From: an uncultured Oscillospiraceae bacterium
Lineage (GTDB): Bacteria > Bacillota > Clostridia > Oscillospirales > Oscillospiraceae
Length of the DNA: 64,000 nt
Direction of reading: 5' to 3'
NCBI GenBank assembly: GCA_964538475.1
Contig: CAZIGE010000001.1
Span: 1,498-65,497, forward strand
The translations under genes and the position numbers were made by a program. This document shows, in pieces, positions 22,725 through 33,207 of this stretch. Below the pieces are notes generated by a model, which saw nothing but the letters and a program-made list of their open reading frames with translations, was not told the DNA's origin and ran no database searches. Every line of letters begins with the position of its first letter. Position 1 is the stretch's first letter.

Positions 22725-23762
22725 GTGCAAAAAGTAACGATAGAAGATATTGCGCGGCTTGCCGGTGTGTCGACGGGAACGGTAAGCAAAGTGATGAACG
22801 GAGACCAAACCGTAAAAGACAAAAACCGCATTGCCGTGCAGAATGCGGTCGCAGCACTCAATTACAATGTAAATCGTGCCGCACGGCGATTGGCACATAA
22901 TCCGATACGGCTCGGAATTTTGTTGCCGGATGTGTTCGATGCATATTTCGACGCTATGGAGCAGGGAATCGCAGGCAGACTTCGCTCCCTTGCGGATTAT
23001 CGTGTGACCGCGGTTTATAAACGCTATGGAACAGATGAGGATGCGAAAAGCGTTTCTGCATACTTGCGATTTTTTGCGGAAGAAAAAGTTGACGGCATTA
23101 TTTTAGGGCCGATGCTCAGCAATACGGACGATTCAAGTATTCGCCTGTTCTTACAAAAATGCACGATCCCGGTTGTGCTCGTGCTATCGGACATTCCCGA
23201 TTCGAATCGCGTATCCTGCGTCAGCGTGGATGCGACGCTTTCGGGACAGCTGGCAGCGGAACTGGCTGTGCTCGCAAGCGGGGAAGGGGCGCAATACGCG
23301 GTGCTGGTAGGCGATAGTAATCTGGAAGAACATCGGCTGAAGGCTGCCGCCTTTCGGGAGCGTATCGTGCAGACAAAAGCTGCCGAATCGGATATTTTCC
23401 AGACAAAGGACGATCCGCGGATCGCATACCGGATCACGAGCGAATTGATCCGCAGTACGACTGAACCGAAAGTGATCTATGTTGCAACCGGCAACTCTGT
23501 AGCGGTATGCAGGGCGATTTGCGATCACGCAAAAGAGCAGGATGTGCGCGTGATCGCGACCGATATCCCAAACGGATTGCTTCCTTTCGTGGAGAACCGA
23601 ATCGTCATCGGTGTGCTGCATCAGCATTTGGAGCAGATCGGATCAACGGCGGTATATGAGCTGTATCGCTACCTGACGGAAGGTGTCCCGTTCTCGCGTG
23701 AAATACGCATTGCACCGAGTTTGCTCCTTCAATCGGCGATCAAGCATCAATTACATATGTAA
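22725..23762 (+). CDS. LacI family transcriptional regulator (LacI-2)
   Basis: VTIEDIARLAGVSTGTVSKVMN HTH; GTG start after GAGGTG RBS. Confidence 0.92.
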   Translation: MQKVTIEDIARLAGVSTGTVSKVMNGDQTVKDKNRIAVQNAVAALNYNVNRAARRLAHNPIRLGILLPDVFDAYFDAMEQGIAGRLRSLADYRVTAVYKRYGTDEDAKSVSAYLRFFAEEKVDGIILGPMLSNTDDSSIRLFLQKCTIPVVLVLSDIPDSNRVSCVSVDATLSGQLAAELAVLASGEGAQYAVLVGDSNLEEHRLKAAAFRERIVQTKAAESDIFQTKDDPRIAYRITSELIRSTTEPKVIYVATGNSVAVCRAICDHAKEQDVRVIATDIPNGLLPFVENRIVIGVLHQHLEQIGSTAVYELYRYLTEGVPFSREIRIAPSLLLQSAIKHQLHM

Positions 23763-23802
23763 AATGAATGACCTGAACAAGGCCATTCATTAAAACATAA
23801 AA

Positions 23803-23816
23803 ATGAAGCGCTTCAT
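23803..23816. promoter_or_regulatory. LacI-type operator upstream of isomerase operon
   Basis: Perfect 14-bp palindrome ATGAAGCGCTTCAT. Confidence 0.65.
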
Positions 23817-23840
23817 AAATTACAAAAGGAGATAATCATT

Positions 23841-25262
23841 ATGCAAACTGTAAAAATTGGTTTTATCCCGTCCTCGTGGGATTCCTGGAATGGCAGCGCC
23901 TTTACCGGCAAGCTTGCGGGGAAAATGCGTGCACGCTGTCTGGAAGTCTTTTACAAAATTCCCGGTATGGAGGTCGTGGTTCCTTCTGAAGAGTTAACAG
24001 AGGATGGATGCGTCAGTACGGTTGAAGAAGGAATGAAGGCGGCAGAGCTTTTCCGAAAGGAAAATGTTCAGGGCGTTATCATCGGAAATATGAATTTCGG
24101 CTTTGAAACGGCGATCGGTGCATTCCTCTCGGAAATCCGAAAAGATATGCCGGTGCTGCACTTCGCGACGCGCAGCGGCCCGTATTCTCCGCAGGGAAAT
24201 CGCGCAACTGACACGTGGTGCGGACAATTTATGACCTGTTCGTCTTTGAAACGACGCGGATTCCGCTTTGAGCATATTTTGACATGCGATCCGGAAGAAC
24301 CGCAGTTTGCGCAGAAAGTTGAGACATTTGTTCGCGCCTGCAACGCGATCTCCCGATTTAAGGGCGCGCGACTGCTTCAGATCGGAACAAGACCGACCGG
24401 CTTTGAATCGCAGTTCTTCAGTGAAGAAGACCTGATGCGATGCTTCGGACAAGTGCTTGTGCCGGTGGATCTGGCAACGGCATACGAAGTGATGGACAGC
24501 ATTCCCGCGGACGATCCCGATGTTCTGCGAATTGCGCAGGAAATACGCGCGGGAGCGGACCTCATCACGGAAGAAACGCCGAATTCCATTGTTAATCAGG
24601 CTCGCTTGGAAAAAACGTTGATCACGCTGGCGCAACAGCATCATTGCAAGGTGATCGCATCCAGCTGCTGGGAAAGCTTGCAGCATCGATATAATATTGC
24701 CGCATGCTCAACATTCTCAAGACTTAATTCGCAGGGGTATAGTGTTGGCTGCGAAGTGGATGTGATCGGCGCGCTGACCATGTATGTGATGAATTGCTGC
24801 GCGCTTGGGCAGACACCCGCTGATTTTATCGACTGGACGGATCTGCACCCGACGCAGGATAATGTATGGCTTGCCTGGCACTGCGGAAATGCTGCGTGTG
24901 AGCTGTGCGCGGCGGATTGCAAGAAGCATCTGACAATGAACGAGCGATTGGGACTTTGGAGTCCGAACTGCTATGGCTCCATGGAGTTCAGACTGAAAAA
25001 CGGCATGGTAACATGCGGTCGTATGGTGGAATATGACGGAAAATTCACAATGTTCTTCGGCAATGGCAAGATCGTGGATATCGGACCTATGGTACGCGGC
25101 GCATACGGATGGGTCAAGGTCAATGATATTCGCGATTGGGAAACGAAAATGATCGATTGCGGCGTGATTCACCATGGTGTACTGATCCATGATGAAAAGG
25201 TAGCGGATGCATTGGAGATGTTCTGCAAGTTCATGGGGATCGAAGCGGTGCGAGGCGTATAA
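23841..25262 (+). CDS. L-fucose/L-arabinose isomerase-superfamily sugar isomerase
   Basis: NFGFE, DTWCG, IGTRP, SCW, GCEVDVIGALTM, WHCGN and C-terminal HHG motifs. Confidence 0.8.
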   Translation: MQTVKIGFIPSSWDSWNGSAFTGKLAGKMRARCLEVFYKIPGMEVVVPSEELTEDGCVSTVEEGMKAAELFRKENVQGVIIGNMNFGFETAIGAFLSEIRKDMPVLHFATRSGPYSPQGNRATDTWCGQFMTCSSLKRRGFRFEHILTCDPEEPQFAQKVETFVRACNAISRFKGARLLQIGTRPTGFESQFFSEEDLMRCFGQVLVPVDLATAYEVMDSIPADDPDVLRIAQEIRAGADLITEETPNSIVNQARLEKTLITLAQQHHCKVIASSCWESLQHRYNIAACSTFSRLNSQGYSVGCEVDVIGALTMYVMNCCALGQTPADFIDWTDLHPTQDNVWLAWHCGNAACELCAADCKKHLTMNERLGLWSPNCYGSMEFRLKNGMVTCGRMVEYDGKFTMFFGNGKIVDIGPMVRGAYGWVKVNDIRDWETKMIDCGVIHHGVLIHDEKVADALEMFCKFMGIEAVRGV

Positions 25263-25263
25263 A

Positions 25264-26742
25264 ATGAGTGTTCTTGGCTTGGATATCGGCACATCTACCT
25301 GCAAGGGAGTTGTGCTTGGCGAGAACGGCGACGTGAAAGCGCAGGCACAGTGCAGTTATGCGGCGATGGTGCGTCTCGGAAATGGCGTGGCGGAAATCGT
25401 ACCCGACTGTTTTGCGCATGGCGCAATGGATGTGATCGCCACGCTTGCGAAGGAAACGCAAAGCGATCCTATTCGTGCCATTGCGGTGAGCTCCCACGGG
25501 GAAACGCTGATCCCCATCGGAAGGGACGGGACACCGCGAATGAATGCCATGCTAAGCATGGATCGCCGCAGTAAACCACAGTCCGATGCTCTGATTCGGG
25601 AGCTGGGACAGGAAGAAATATACCGCATTACGGGTGCAAAGATGCATCCGCAATTCCCGATACCCAAAATCATGCATATAAAGAGTCAGATGCGGGAAAC
25701 GGCAAATGAGACGGTCCATTTTGACACGGCCAATGATTATGTTTACCGTATCCTCGGCTGCCCCGGATATATGGATCTTTCTATAGCATCCAGATTCGGA
25801 GGCTTCGACATCCGGAAAAAAACATGGTCAGCAAAAATACTGGATGCTGCGGGCATACACGAAAGCCTGCTGTCTGAGCCGGTTTGTGCCGGAACGGTTC
25901 TCGGAGAAATACCGCCGGGACTGGCGCATTCTCTCGGCCTGACCGAAAAGGTACTGCTGGTGGCCGGCGGGCACGATCAGCCGTGTGCAGCACTGGCGAT
26001 CGGCGGCGAAACGGGTGCTTTACCCGTTTCCGCCGGCTCTTATGAATGCGCTGCTCTTTCTGCGGATATTCCGTATAATAACGATCTCGGATTTCGATAT
26101 GGTCTGAATTCTTACTGCCACGTACTGCCGGAAAAATATGTGACACTGGCGTTCTTTGTTTCCGGAATGATGGTTCAGTGGTATCTGGACACCTTCTGCG
26201 CGGAAACGGTACACCGGCTGCACGACGGGATCTATCGGCATCTGGAAAGCGAATTCTCGCCTGATCCGACCGGAATATGCTTTACGCCGCATATTTACGG
26301 AAGCATGAACCCCGAATGGTGCGAGTGTGCAACAGCAAAAATCAGCGGTCTGACGGCCAACGCGACCAAAGCGGATCTGTATAAGGCTGTTTTGGAAGGA
26401 ACGAGCTGTGAACTTGATTTGAATGTACGGGTACTGGAGAAACTCTGCGGAAAAATAGAACGACTGGTAATGTCAGGCGGCGGGACAAAATCGGATGTCT
26501 GGATGCAGCTGCGGGCCGACATAACGGGAAAGAATATCGATGCCGTAGAATACGGCGCAGAAGCATCGTGTCTGGGTGCAGCGATCCTTGCGGGAATTGG
26601 ATGTGGGTACTTTAACTCTGCACAAGATGCGGTTGAAAGAATATCCGGGCCTGTAAAACACTTCACCCCTCGGGCGGGATCGCTGTATGAGAAGCAGAAA
26701 AATGCGTATTTGTCCATGCACAGCCCCGGCTTGCTGGATTAA
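25264..26742 (+). CDS. FGGY family sugar kinase
   Basis: LGLDIGTSTCK, SSHGE, GGHDQPCA, VLEG, GGGTKSDVWMQLRADI, EASCLGAAILA. Confidence 0.9.
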   Translation: MSVLGLDIGTSTCKGVVLGENGDVKAQAQCSYAAMVRLGNGVAEIVPDCFAHGAMDVIATLAKETQSDPIRAIAVSSHGETLIPIGRDGTPRMNAMLSMDRRSKPQSDALIRELGQEEIYRITGAKMHPQFPIPKIMHIKSQMRETANETVHFDTANDYVYRILGCPGYMDLSIASRFGGFDIRKKTWSAKILDAAGIHESLLSEPVCAGTVLGEIPPGLAHSLGLTEKVLLVAGGHDQPCAALAIGGETGALPVSAGSYECAALSADIPYNNDLGFRYGLNSYCHVLPEKYVTLAFFVSGMMVQWYLDTFCAETVHRLHDGIYRHLESEFSPDPTGICFTPHIYGSMNPEWCECATAKISGLTANATKADLYKAVLEGTSCELDLNVRVLEKLCGKIERLVMSGGGTKSDVWMQLRADITGKNIDAVEYGAEASCLGAAILAGIGCGYFNSAQDAVERISGPVKHFTPRAGSLYEKQKNAYLSMHSPGLLD

Positions 26743-26764
26743 ATCGGACGGGAGGTATATCCAA

Positions 26765-27847
26765 ATGGAAAACAACAAACTGACAAAGCAGGAATTGCTG
26801 CGATACATGGGCTCGATCGGACAACTGGGAGGCCTGAAAAGGTATACGTTTGCGGAAGGACGTGCAAAGGGAATGGACGCTGTGGACATTGTTACAGGAA
26901 CGGGGCTGGACTATACCGTTTTGCTCGGACGATGCCTGGATATAGCGTTTGCCAGATACAAGGGGGTTCCCGTCGGCTATATGTCCAAGGCGGAAATCGC
27001 TGCGCCGATGTATTTGGAACAGCAGGGGATGGAGTGGCTTCGTAGCTTCCATGCGGGACTGCTCACGACATGTGGCTTTTCCAATGTCGGAAACCCGTGC
27101 AGTGAGGAACGGCGTATCTTCGGAATGCAAAGCTATGGGTTGCACGGCCGCCTTTCCAACATTCCCGCAAACGAAATAGCTTGCTTCGGGGCATGGGAAG
27201 ACGGAAAGTATGTGATGAAGGTACACGGTGTTATGCGACAAAGTGCAGTCCATGGGGAAAATCTGTCCCTTCACAGAACGATAACATCTGTACTGGGAGA
27301 AAAGAAGATCCGCATTCACGACGTCATTGAAAATGAGGGGCATACACCGGAGCCGTTCATGCTGCTGTACCACATGAATTTCGGCTATCCGCTGTTGAGC
27401 CCGGAGAGCCATCTTCTCATTCGCTCGGATTCTGTAAAAGGAGCGGATAAAACCGCACAGGAAGAAATCGGGGAATATGCACGCTTTCATGAGCCGCGCC
27501 ATTTGCAGGAGGAACGATGCTATTTCCATGATGTACATGCAGATCCACAGGGAAAAACATGTGTGGCTCTGGTCAATGAGAAGATCGGACTGGGTGTTGC
27601 GCTTCGTTATTCAAAAGACGAGCTTTCGTGCCTGACAGAGTGGAAGATGCTGGCGGAAGGCGAATATGTTCTGGGCCTGGAGCCGGGAAATATCAATCCG
27701 ATCGGGAGAGCAGAAGCCGAAAAGCGCGGTCAATTGACATATCTGGATCCCGGGCAGGTGCATCAGACGACGATAGAATTGGAGATTTTGGACGGCTCGG
27801 AAGAAATCCGGGCCATACGGGATGAGATACAGGGGGCAATGCAATGA
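26765..27847 (+). CDS. DUF4432 / aldose 1-epimerase-like protein
   Basis: GRCLDI, GLLTTCG, LHGR, LYHMNFGYP, YVLGLEPG; GGAGG RBS. Confidence 0.8.
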   Translation: MENNKLTKQELLRYMGSIGQLGGLKRYTFAEGRAKGMDAVDIVTGTGLDYTVLLGRCLDIAFARYKGVPVGYMSKAEIAAPMYLEQQGMEWLRSFHAGLLTTCGFSNVGNPCSEERRIFGMQSYGLHGRLSNIPANEIACFGAWEDGKYVMKVHGVMRQSAVHGENLSLHRTITSVLGEKKIRIHDVIENEGHTPEPFMLLYHMNFGYPLLSPESHLLIRSDSVKGADKTAQEEIGEYARFHEPRHLQEERCYFHDVHADPQGKTCVALVNEKIGLGVALRYSKDELSCLTEWKMLAEGEYVLGLEPGNINPIGRAEAEKRGQLTYLDPGQVHQTTIELEILDGSEEIRAIRDEIQGAMQ

Positions 27848-28977
27848 AAACGATGAAATTTGGAATAATCGGCTGCGGGCTTATGGGAAGAGAATTCGCC
27901 AGTGCTGCGTTGCGCTGGGCACATTTGCAGCAGGATATTACCAAACCGGAGATCATCGGGGTATGCGACACAAATCCGAACTCTTTTCAGTGGTTCGATA
28001 AGGCGTATCCAAACCTGAAATACCATTTTACGGATTATCGTGATTTGCTGGCCTGCGAGGACATTCAGGCGATCTATTGTGCGGTACCGCATGTACTGCA
28101 TCAACAGGTTTACTGCGATATCATCCGTGCGGGGAAACACCTGATGGGGGAAAAGCCGTTTGGAATGGATAAGGCGCAAAATGACAGGATCTTGCAGGCG
28201 CTGCAAGAGCATCCCGAGGTTTTTTGCAGATGCGCCAGTGAATTCCCCTTTTTCCCGGCATGTCAGCGCGTGATCGCATGGGCGAGGGAAGGAAAACTCG
28301 GGCAGATCATAGAGGTCAAGGCGGGCTTTAACCATGCCAGCGATCTCGATCCCAATAAGCCCATAAACTGGAAACGGCGCAACAGCGTAAACGGCGTATA
28401 TGGTTGCATGGGCGATCTGGGCCTGCATACGCAGCATGTTCCGTTTGCGCTTGGCTGGATACCGGAAAGCGTTTACGCGGTTTTGAGCAATATTATCACG
28501 CAACGCCCGGATGGGAAGGGCGGCGTGGTCGCGTGTGACACATGGGACAACGCCACTCTGCTGTGCCGCGTCCGACAGGAGGATTACGTATTCCCAATGA
28601 TGCTGGAAACAAAACGCATTGAACCGGGTGCGACAGATCAGTGGTATTTGAAAATCAACGGTACGAAAGCATCCGTCCGTTTTACATCGGAAGACCCGGA
28701 CGCGTTCCATTACCTGTATGCGGATGGGCCGCTGCAATCCTGGAACAGGGTGCTGGTCGGTTCCCGTACCCTGTTCCCGACGATTACGGGAGAAAACTTT
28801 GAGTTCGGTTTTTCAGACTCGATTTTACAGATGTGGGCAGCCTATATGGCGGAACTGGATGGAAATGCGCCTGCGTTTGGCTGCGTTAAGCCGGAACATA
28901 CGCATATGTCGCATGCGCTGATCACGGCTGCACTGCAGGCCGACAAAGAGCAACGTGCCGTCAAGGTCGAATATTGA
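27844..28977 (+). CDS. Gfo/Idh/MocA family NAD(P) oxidoreductase
   Basis: GIIGCGLMG, AVPHVLH, GKHLMGEKP, GDLGLH. Confidence 0.9.
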   Translation: MKTMKFGIIGCGLMGREFASAALRWAHLQQDITKPEIIGVCDTNPNSFQWFDKAYPNLKYHFTDYRDLLACEDIQAIYCAVPHVLHQQVYCDIIRAGKHLMGEKPFGMDKAQNDRILQALQEHPEVFCRCASEFPFFPACQRVIAWAREGKLGQIIEVKAGFNHASDLDPNKPINWKRRNSVNGVYGCMGDLGLHTQHVPFALGWIPESVYAVLSNIITQRPDGKGGVVACDTWDNATLLCRVRQEDYVFPMMLETKRIEPGATDQWYLKINGTKASVRFTSEDPDAFHYLYADGPLQSWNRVLVGSRTLFPTITGENFEFGFSDSILQMWAAYMAELDGNAPAFGCVKPEHTHMSHALITAALQADKEQRAVKVEY

Positions 28978-28990
28978 AAGGGGTATCACA

Positions 28991-30028
28991 ATGAGAAAAC
29001 TTATATTAGAGGCACCGTATCAACTTCGCATGACGCAGGCACCCATCCCGGAGCCTGCTGCGCGGCAGGTGCGTATCCGCATCTGCAAAATCGGGATTTG
29101 CGGCTCGGATCCGACCATATATAAGGGACTGCACCCCTATGTGACCTATCCGATGGTACCCGGACATGAGCTTTCCGGTGTGATCGATGCGGTAGGAAGT
29201 GAGGTTTCCGAAGAACGGATCGGACAACGTGTCACGGTGATCCCGCATAAGGTGTGCGACCACTGTGAAGCGTGTAAGCACGAGATCTATAATTTCTGTG
29301 AAGAACTGCAGTGCACAGGTGCTGAGACAGACGGTGGAATGTGCGATTATTTTTGCATTGACGCAAAGATGGCCATTCCGATCCCTGACACGATGACATT
29401 GGAACAGGCGGCACTGGTAGAGCCTGCCTGCGTAGCCTACCACGGAGCAAAGCGCGGCAATATTCAAAAGAATGACCGCGTGCTCATTGTGGGAGCCGGA
29501 CCGATCGGCGTATTTTGCATGCAGAGCTGCTTTGCCTTGGGCGCGAAAGAAGTTTACATCGCCGATATGGATCCCGCTCGCTTGGAGCTTGCGCGTTCGC
29601 TCGGTGCAAGCGGTGTGATCGAGGCAAATAAAGAAGACCTGCGGCAAGGCCTGCTTCGCCTGACCGGAGAGGAAAAGTGCATCGATGTGTTTTACGACTG
29701 CGTCGGTGAAAAGGGGACGGTTTTCAACAACATCCTGTCGGTTGCCCGCAGAGGAAGCCGCATTGTTGTCATCGGCGTTTTGCAGAAGGAATTCCACATT
29801 CCGCTTCTGCCGGACTTTGTGCAGCATGAGCTGTCTCTGTCGGGAACAACGATGTATGTGCCGCAGGATTATCGGGATATGCTTGCACTTATGGGCAAGG
29901 GAATTATCCGCACGGATGGGATCGTATCGCATCACTATTCTTTGAAAGAGGTCCCGCAGGTGCTGGATATGATCGTAAATCGTCGGGAGAAAACATTCAA
30001 GGTGATCATCGATGTACAGCAGCCGTGA
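28991..30028 (+). CDS. Zn-dependent polyol/sugar-acid dehydrogenase (MDR family)
   Basis: GICGSD, GHELSG, CxxCxxC...C, EP, GAGPIG. Confidence 0.9.
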   Translation: MRKLILEAPYQLRMTQAPIPEPAARQVRIRICKIGICGSDPTIYKGLHPYVTYPMVPGHELSGVIDAVGSEVSEERIGQRVTVIPHKVCDHCEACKHEIYNFCEELQCTGAETDGGMCDYFCIDAKMAIPIPDTMTLEQAALVEPACVAYHGAKRGNIQKNDRVLIVGAGPIGVFCMQSCFALGAKEVYIADMDPARLELARSLGASGVIEANKEDLRQGLLRLTGEEKCIDVFYDCVGEKGTVFNNILSVARRGSRIVVIGVLQKEFHIPLLPDFVQHELSLSGTTMYVPQDYRDMLALMGKGIIRTDGIVSHHYSLKEVPQVLDMIVNRREKTFKVIIDVQQP

Positions 30029-30875
30029 TAGAAAGCGGGAAACCTGCCGGGAGCTGCCGGAGGACATCGCGCGGGGGATCCGCAGGGATATTCTGGACAT
30101 GGTGTACTGTGCGGGCTCGGGACACCCGGGAGGCAGCCTGTCTGCTGTGGAAATAATGACACAGCTTTACTTTTCGGAAATGCGCATCGATCCCGAAAAT
30201 CCAAACTGGCCGGAACGCGACCGTTTTATACTCTCCAAAGGACATGCGACACCGGTATATTATGCCGTGCTTGCCAAAAGAGGCTATTTTCCGGTAGAAG
30301 ATCTGCGCGGATTTCGCGGATTCTCTTCGCATTTGCAGGGGCATCCGAACTGCAACACCACACCCGGGGTGGATGTCAGCACAGGCTCTCTGGGACAGGG
30401 ATTATCGGTGGCTGTCGGCATCGCACTCGGAGCAAAGATCCAAAAGAGAGCGTATCGCGTTTATGTATTGGTTGGGGACGGGGAGCTTCAGGAGGGGCAG
30501 GTTTGGGAAGCACTGCAATTTGCGGGCAACCATCAGCTGGACAATCTGACGGTGATCGTGGACAACAACCACATCCAGAGCGACGGAACGCTGCTTGAGG
30601 TCAACTCACCTTACCCGATCGACGCGAAAATTCGGGATTTCGGTCTGGAAGTGCTGGAAATAGACGGGCATGACTTTTCACAGCTGGAGGCGGCTTTTGC
30701 ACTGGCTCGTGCGAGGAAAGGGAAACCGACGGCGATTTTGGCACAGACCGTAAAGGGGAAGGGGATCCCGTTCATGGAGAACCGCGCTGTTTGGCACGGA
30801 AAGGTACCGAATGAGGCGGAATATCAAAGCGCGATCGATGCGCTGGCACACATACGGGAGGTGAACACAAAATGA
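30012..30875 (+). CDS. Transketolase N-terminal (ThDP-binding) subunit
   Basis: SGHPGGSLS, DRFILSKGH, LQGHP, TGSLGQG, GDGELQEG...DNN, TVKGKG, WHG. Confidence 0.93.
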   Translation: MYSSRDRKRETCRELPEDIARGIRRDILDMVYCAGSGHPGGSLSAVEIMTQLYFSEMRIDPENPNWPERDRFILSKGHATPVYYAVLAKRGYFPVEDLRGFRGFSSHLQGHPNCNTTPGVDVSTGSLGQGLSVAVGIALGAKIQKRAYRVYVLVGDGELQEGQVWEALQFAGNHQLDNLTVIVDNNHIQSDGTLLEVNSPYPIDAKIRDFGLEVLEIDGHDFSQLEAAFALARARKGKPTAILAQTVKGKGIPFMENRAVWHGKVPNEAEYQSAIDALAHIREVNTK

Positions 30876-32086
30876 AAAAAGCAGTCATGTACGGTGCGGG
30901 CAACATCGGCCGAGGGTTCATCGGTGCCACGCTGAGTCGGTCTGGATATTACGTAACCTTTGTTGACGTTGCGGAGCAGATCGTCTGTGCATTGCGTGAC
31001 AATGGGAGCTACCCGGTGCGGTATGTTTCCGACGGAGATTATGAGGAGATCAGGATCGAGAATGTCACGGCGATAGACGGAAGAGATTCTGTGGCTGTAG
31101 CAGAGGCGATCGCGCAGTGTGACATTCTGGCAACAGCTGTAGGCAGCCGTGTACTTGAACGAATAGCGCCGAATATCGTGCAGGGACTTCGGGCAAGATG
31201 GCAAAAGACAAGGGAGCCACTGAACATTCTGATTTGCGAAAACCTGAACAATGCGGATAAAGCGCTGGAAGCGCTGCTGAAGCAGCATATGACGGCGGAT
31301 GAACAGATCATGCTGGATAAATATGTCGGACTTGTTGAAACCTCCATCGGGCGCATGGTCCCTGTTCAGACAGAACAAATGAGGGCAGGTGATCCGACCC
31401 GTGTTTGTGTGGAAAGGTATGGATATTTACCGACAGACAGGGCAGCATTTAAGGGAGAAATCCCGCAGATCAGCAATATGATCCCGTTCACACCGTTTGA
31501 CTTCTATATAAAGCGCAAGCTTTATATCCATAATATGGGTCACGCGTGCTGTGCATATTTGGGCGGCTATGAGGGGCGAAAATATGTATACCAGGCGATC
31601 GATAATCCCGAGATACTGGGAATCGTGCAAAATGCAATGCTGGAGAGTGCGATCGCGCTTCACAGATGCTATGCAGTGGAACTGAATGAATTGCTTACGC
31701 ACATTACAGATCTGCTGGGGCGCTTCCGCAATTCGGCGTTGCAGGATACCTGCAAGCGAGTCGCGGCCGACCCCGCGAGGAAGCTCGGGAAAAACGATCG
31801 GCTGATCGGAGCAGCTCTGCTTTGCCTGCGGGAAGGGGAAACGCCCGCTTATATAGCAGTCGGTGCAGCGGGAGCGCTATACCGCTACCTGCAGGAGACA
31901 GGGGAAGAACAGACGGAGCAAGCGGCGACGAAGACGCTGCTCCAACTGACCGGGCTGCCCGCGGAACATACATTGGTCGTGCTGATTATGAAAATGTACA
32001 GACTCTTTATGGAGGGCGAAGAACTGGAAAGCATACGGCATGCTGCGCAAAAAGAAAAGAGCGACAGCATATCGAATGTGATATAG
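30872..32086 (+). CDS. Mannitol-1-phosphate dehydrogenase-like long-chain polyol dehydrogenase
   Basis: GAGNIGRGFIG, ICEN, RMVP, RKLYIHNMGH, RFRN, RKLGKNDRLIG match the MtlD family. Confidence 0.85.
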   Translation: MKKAVMYGAGNIGRGFIGATLSRSGYYVTFVDVAEQIVCALRDNGSYPVRYVSDGDYEEIRIENVTAIDGRDSVAVAEAIAQCDILATAVGSRVLERIAPNIVQGLRARWQKTREPLNILICENLNNADKALEALLKQHMTADEQIMLDKYVGLVETSIGRMVPVQTEQMRAGDPTRVCVERYGYLPTDRAAFKGEIPQISNMIPFTPFDFYIKRKLYIHNMGHACCAYLGGYEGRKYVYQAIDNPEILGIVQNAMLESAIALHRCYAVELNELLTHITDLLGRFRNSALQDTCKRVAADPARKLGKNDRLIGAALLCLREGETPAYIAVGAAGALYRYLQETGEEQTEQAATKTLLQLTGLPAEHTLVVLIMKMYRLFMEGEELESIRHAAQKEKSDSISNVI

Positions 32087-32104
32087 GCGTGCCGAAAAAA
32101 GGTA

Positions 32105-32127
32105 AAGCGCCGGGAGCTCCGGCGCTT
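32105..32127. terminator. Hairpin between convergent genes
   Basis: AAGCGCCGG-GAGCT-CCGGCGCTT. Confidence 0.55.
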
Positions 32128-32139
32128 GCGGTGTGAAAT

Positions 32140-33207
32140 TCAGCTATCGGTTTTGCTTTGCTGGTTGATGTGATACTGATCGACATTGGAGCGCATCACG
32201 ATTTGCGGGGTGATACGAACGGTGTCGCTCAACGGTTCTCCGCACAGGAACTTATACATGCTGGCGACGGCTTTGCGACCCTGAAGAAACGGATTTTGAA
32301 AAATAGTAGCCGTGACGACACCACACTCCAGAGGCTCCTTCAGCTGGGGATAAAGATCTGTGGTGATGACGGTAACACGCTTATCTCGATTCAATTCCAT
32401 CAAAAGCGGACATGCGGTAACAGAACTGGCGGATGCGATGTACAGACCGTCATAAGGTGGCTGCTGATTGAAAATATTGACCAGCTGCTGCTCGACAAGC
32501 TGCGGACAGTCCATATGTTCGTAAACGTCAGAGACGGCGAAAGGGGAACGCTCGGATTCGGCCATAAATCCCGACAGACTTTGGCGATGGGAGTGGATGG
32601 AGCTGCTTCCCGTTAAAATAGCGACTCGGCTGCCTGAAGCGGAAAAGGATAACAGGGATGCTGCAATGCGGCCTGCGCAATTGCCATCGGATGTAACAAA
32701 AGCCTTCCTGTTCGAAATAGGGATATCATTGACAAGACAAACGAGCGGGATGTCGGCTTCCTGCGTAGCCTGAAGTGCGGAAAGACAGCGTCGGTGAGAA
32801 CCGGAGAGAAAAAGGATGATCCCGTCGTATTTCTTGCGGACGAAAAGGAACAGCAGATCATTGATCTGATCGGAGCATTCCTCGGCGTTGACTGGAGGGA
32901 GCATATGAATGTCACCGAAGATGTTGTACTGACGCAAAGACTCGAATTCATACGATATCCCCGCATGAATTTCTTCCAAAAAGGGAAGAACGGGACAGCA
33001 AAGAATGACACCGATCATTTTCGGCGTGCGGCTCAATCCCTGCGCGGTCTGATTTAGCTTAAAGTTCATTTCGGAAGCCTTTTGCAGTACTCGCTCCTTG
33101 GTTTCGTTGCTGATACGGCCTTTGTTGTGAAGCGCACGGTAGACAGTTCCAACGGAGATATTCAGTGATTCGGCAAGGTCATAGATAGTAGGCTGCTTTT
33201 CGATCAT
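32140..33207 (-). CDS. LacI family transcriptional regulator (LacI-3)
   Basis: PTIYDLAESLNISVGTVYRALH HTH; divergent from the aldolase/kdgK operon. Confidence 0.92.
   Translation of the reverse strand: MIEKQPTIYDLAESLNISVGTVYRALHNKGRISNETKERVLQKASEMNFKLNQTAQGLSRTPKMIGVILCCPVLPFLEEIHAGISYEFESLRQYNIFGDIHMLPPVNAEECSDQINDLLFLFVRKKYDGIILFLSGSHRRCLSALQATQEADIPLVCLVNDIPISNRKAFVTSDGNCAGRIAASLLSFSASGSRVAILTGSSSIHSHRQSLSGFMAESERSPFAVSDVYEHMDCPQLVEQQLVNIFNQQPPYDGLYIASASSVTACPLLMELNRDKRVTVITTDLYPQLKEPLECGVVTATIFQNPFLQGRKAVASMYKFLCGEPLSDTVRITPQIVMRSNVDQYHINQQSKTDS

Noticed and set aside
23841-30875. Sulfoquinovose transketolase or apiose pathway assignment
   Set aside because: No GH31 sulfoquinovosidase, no complete transketolase pair and no matching accessory genes; analogy only
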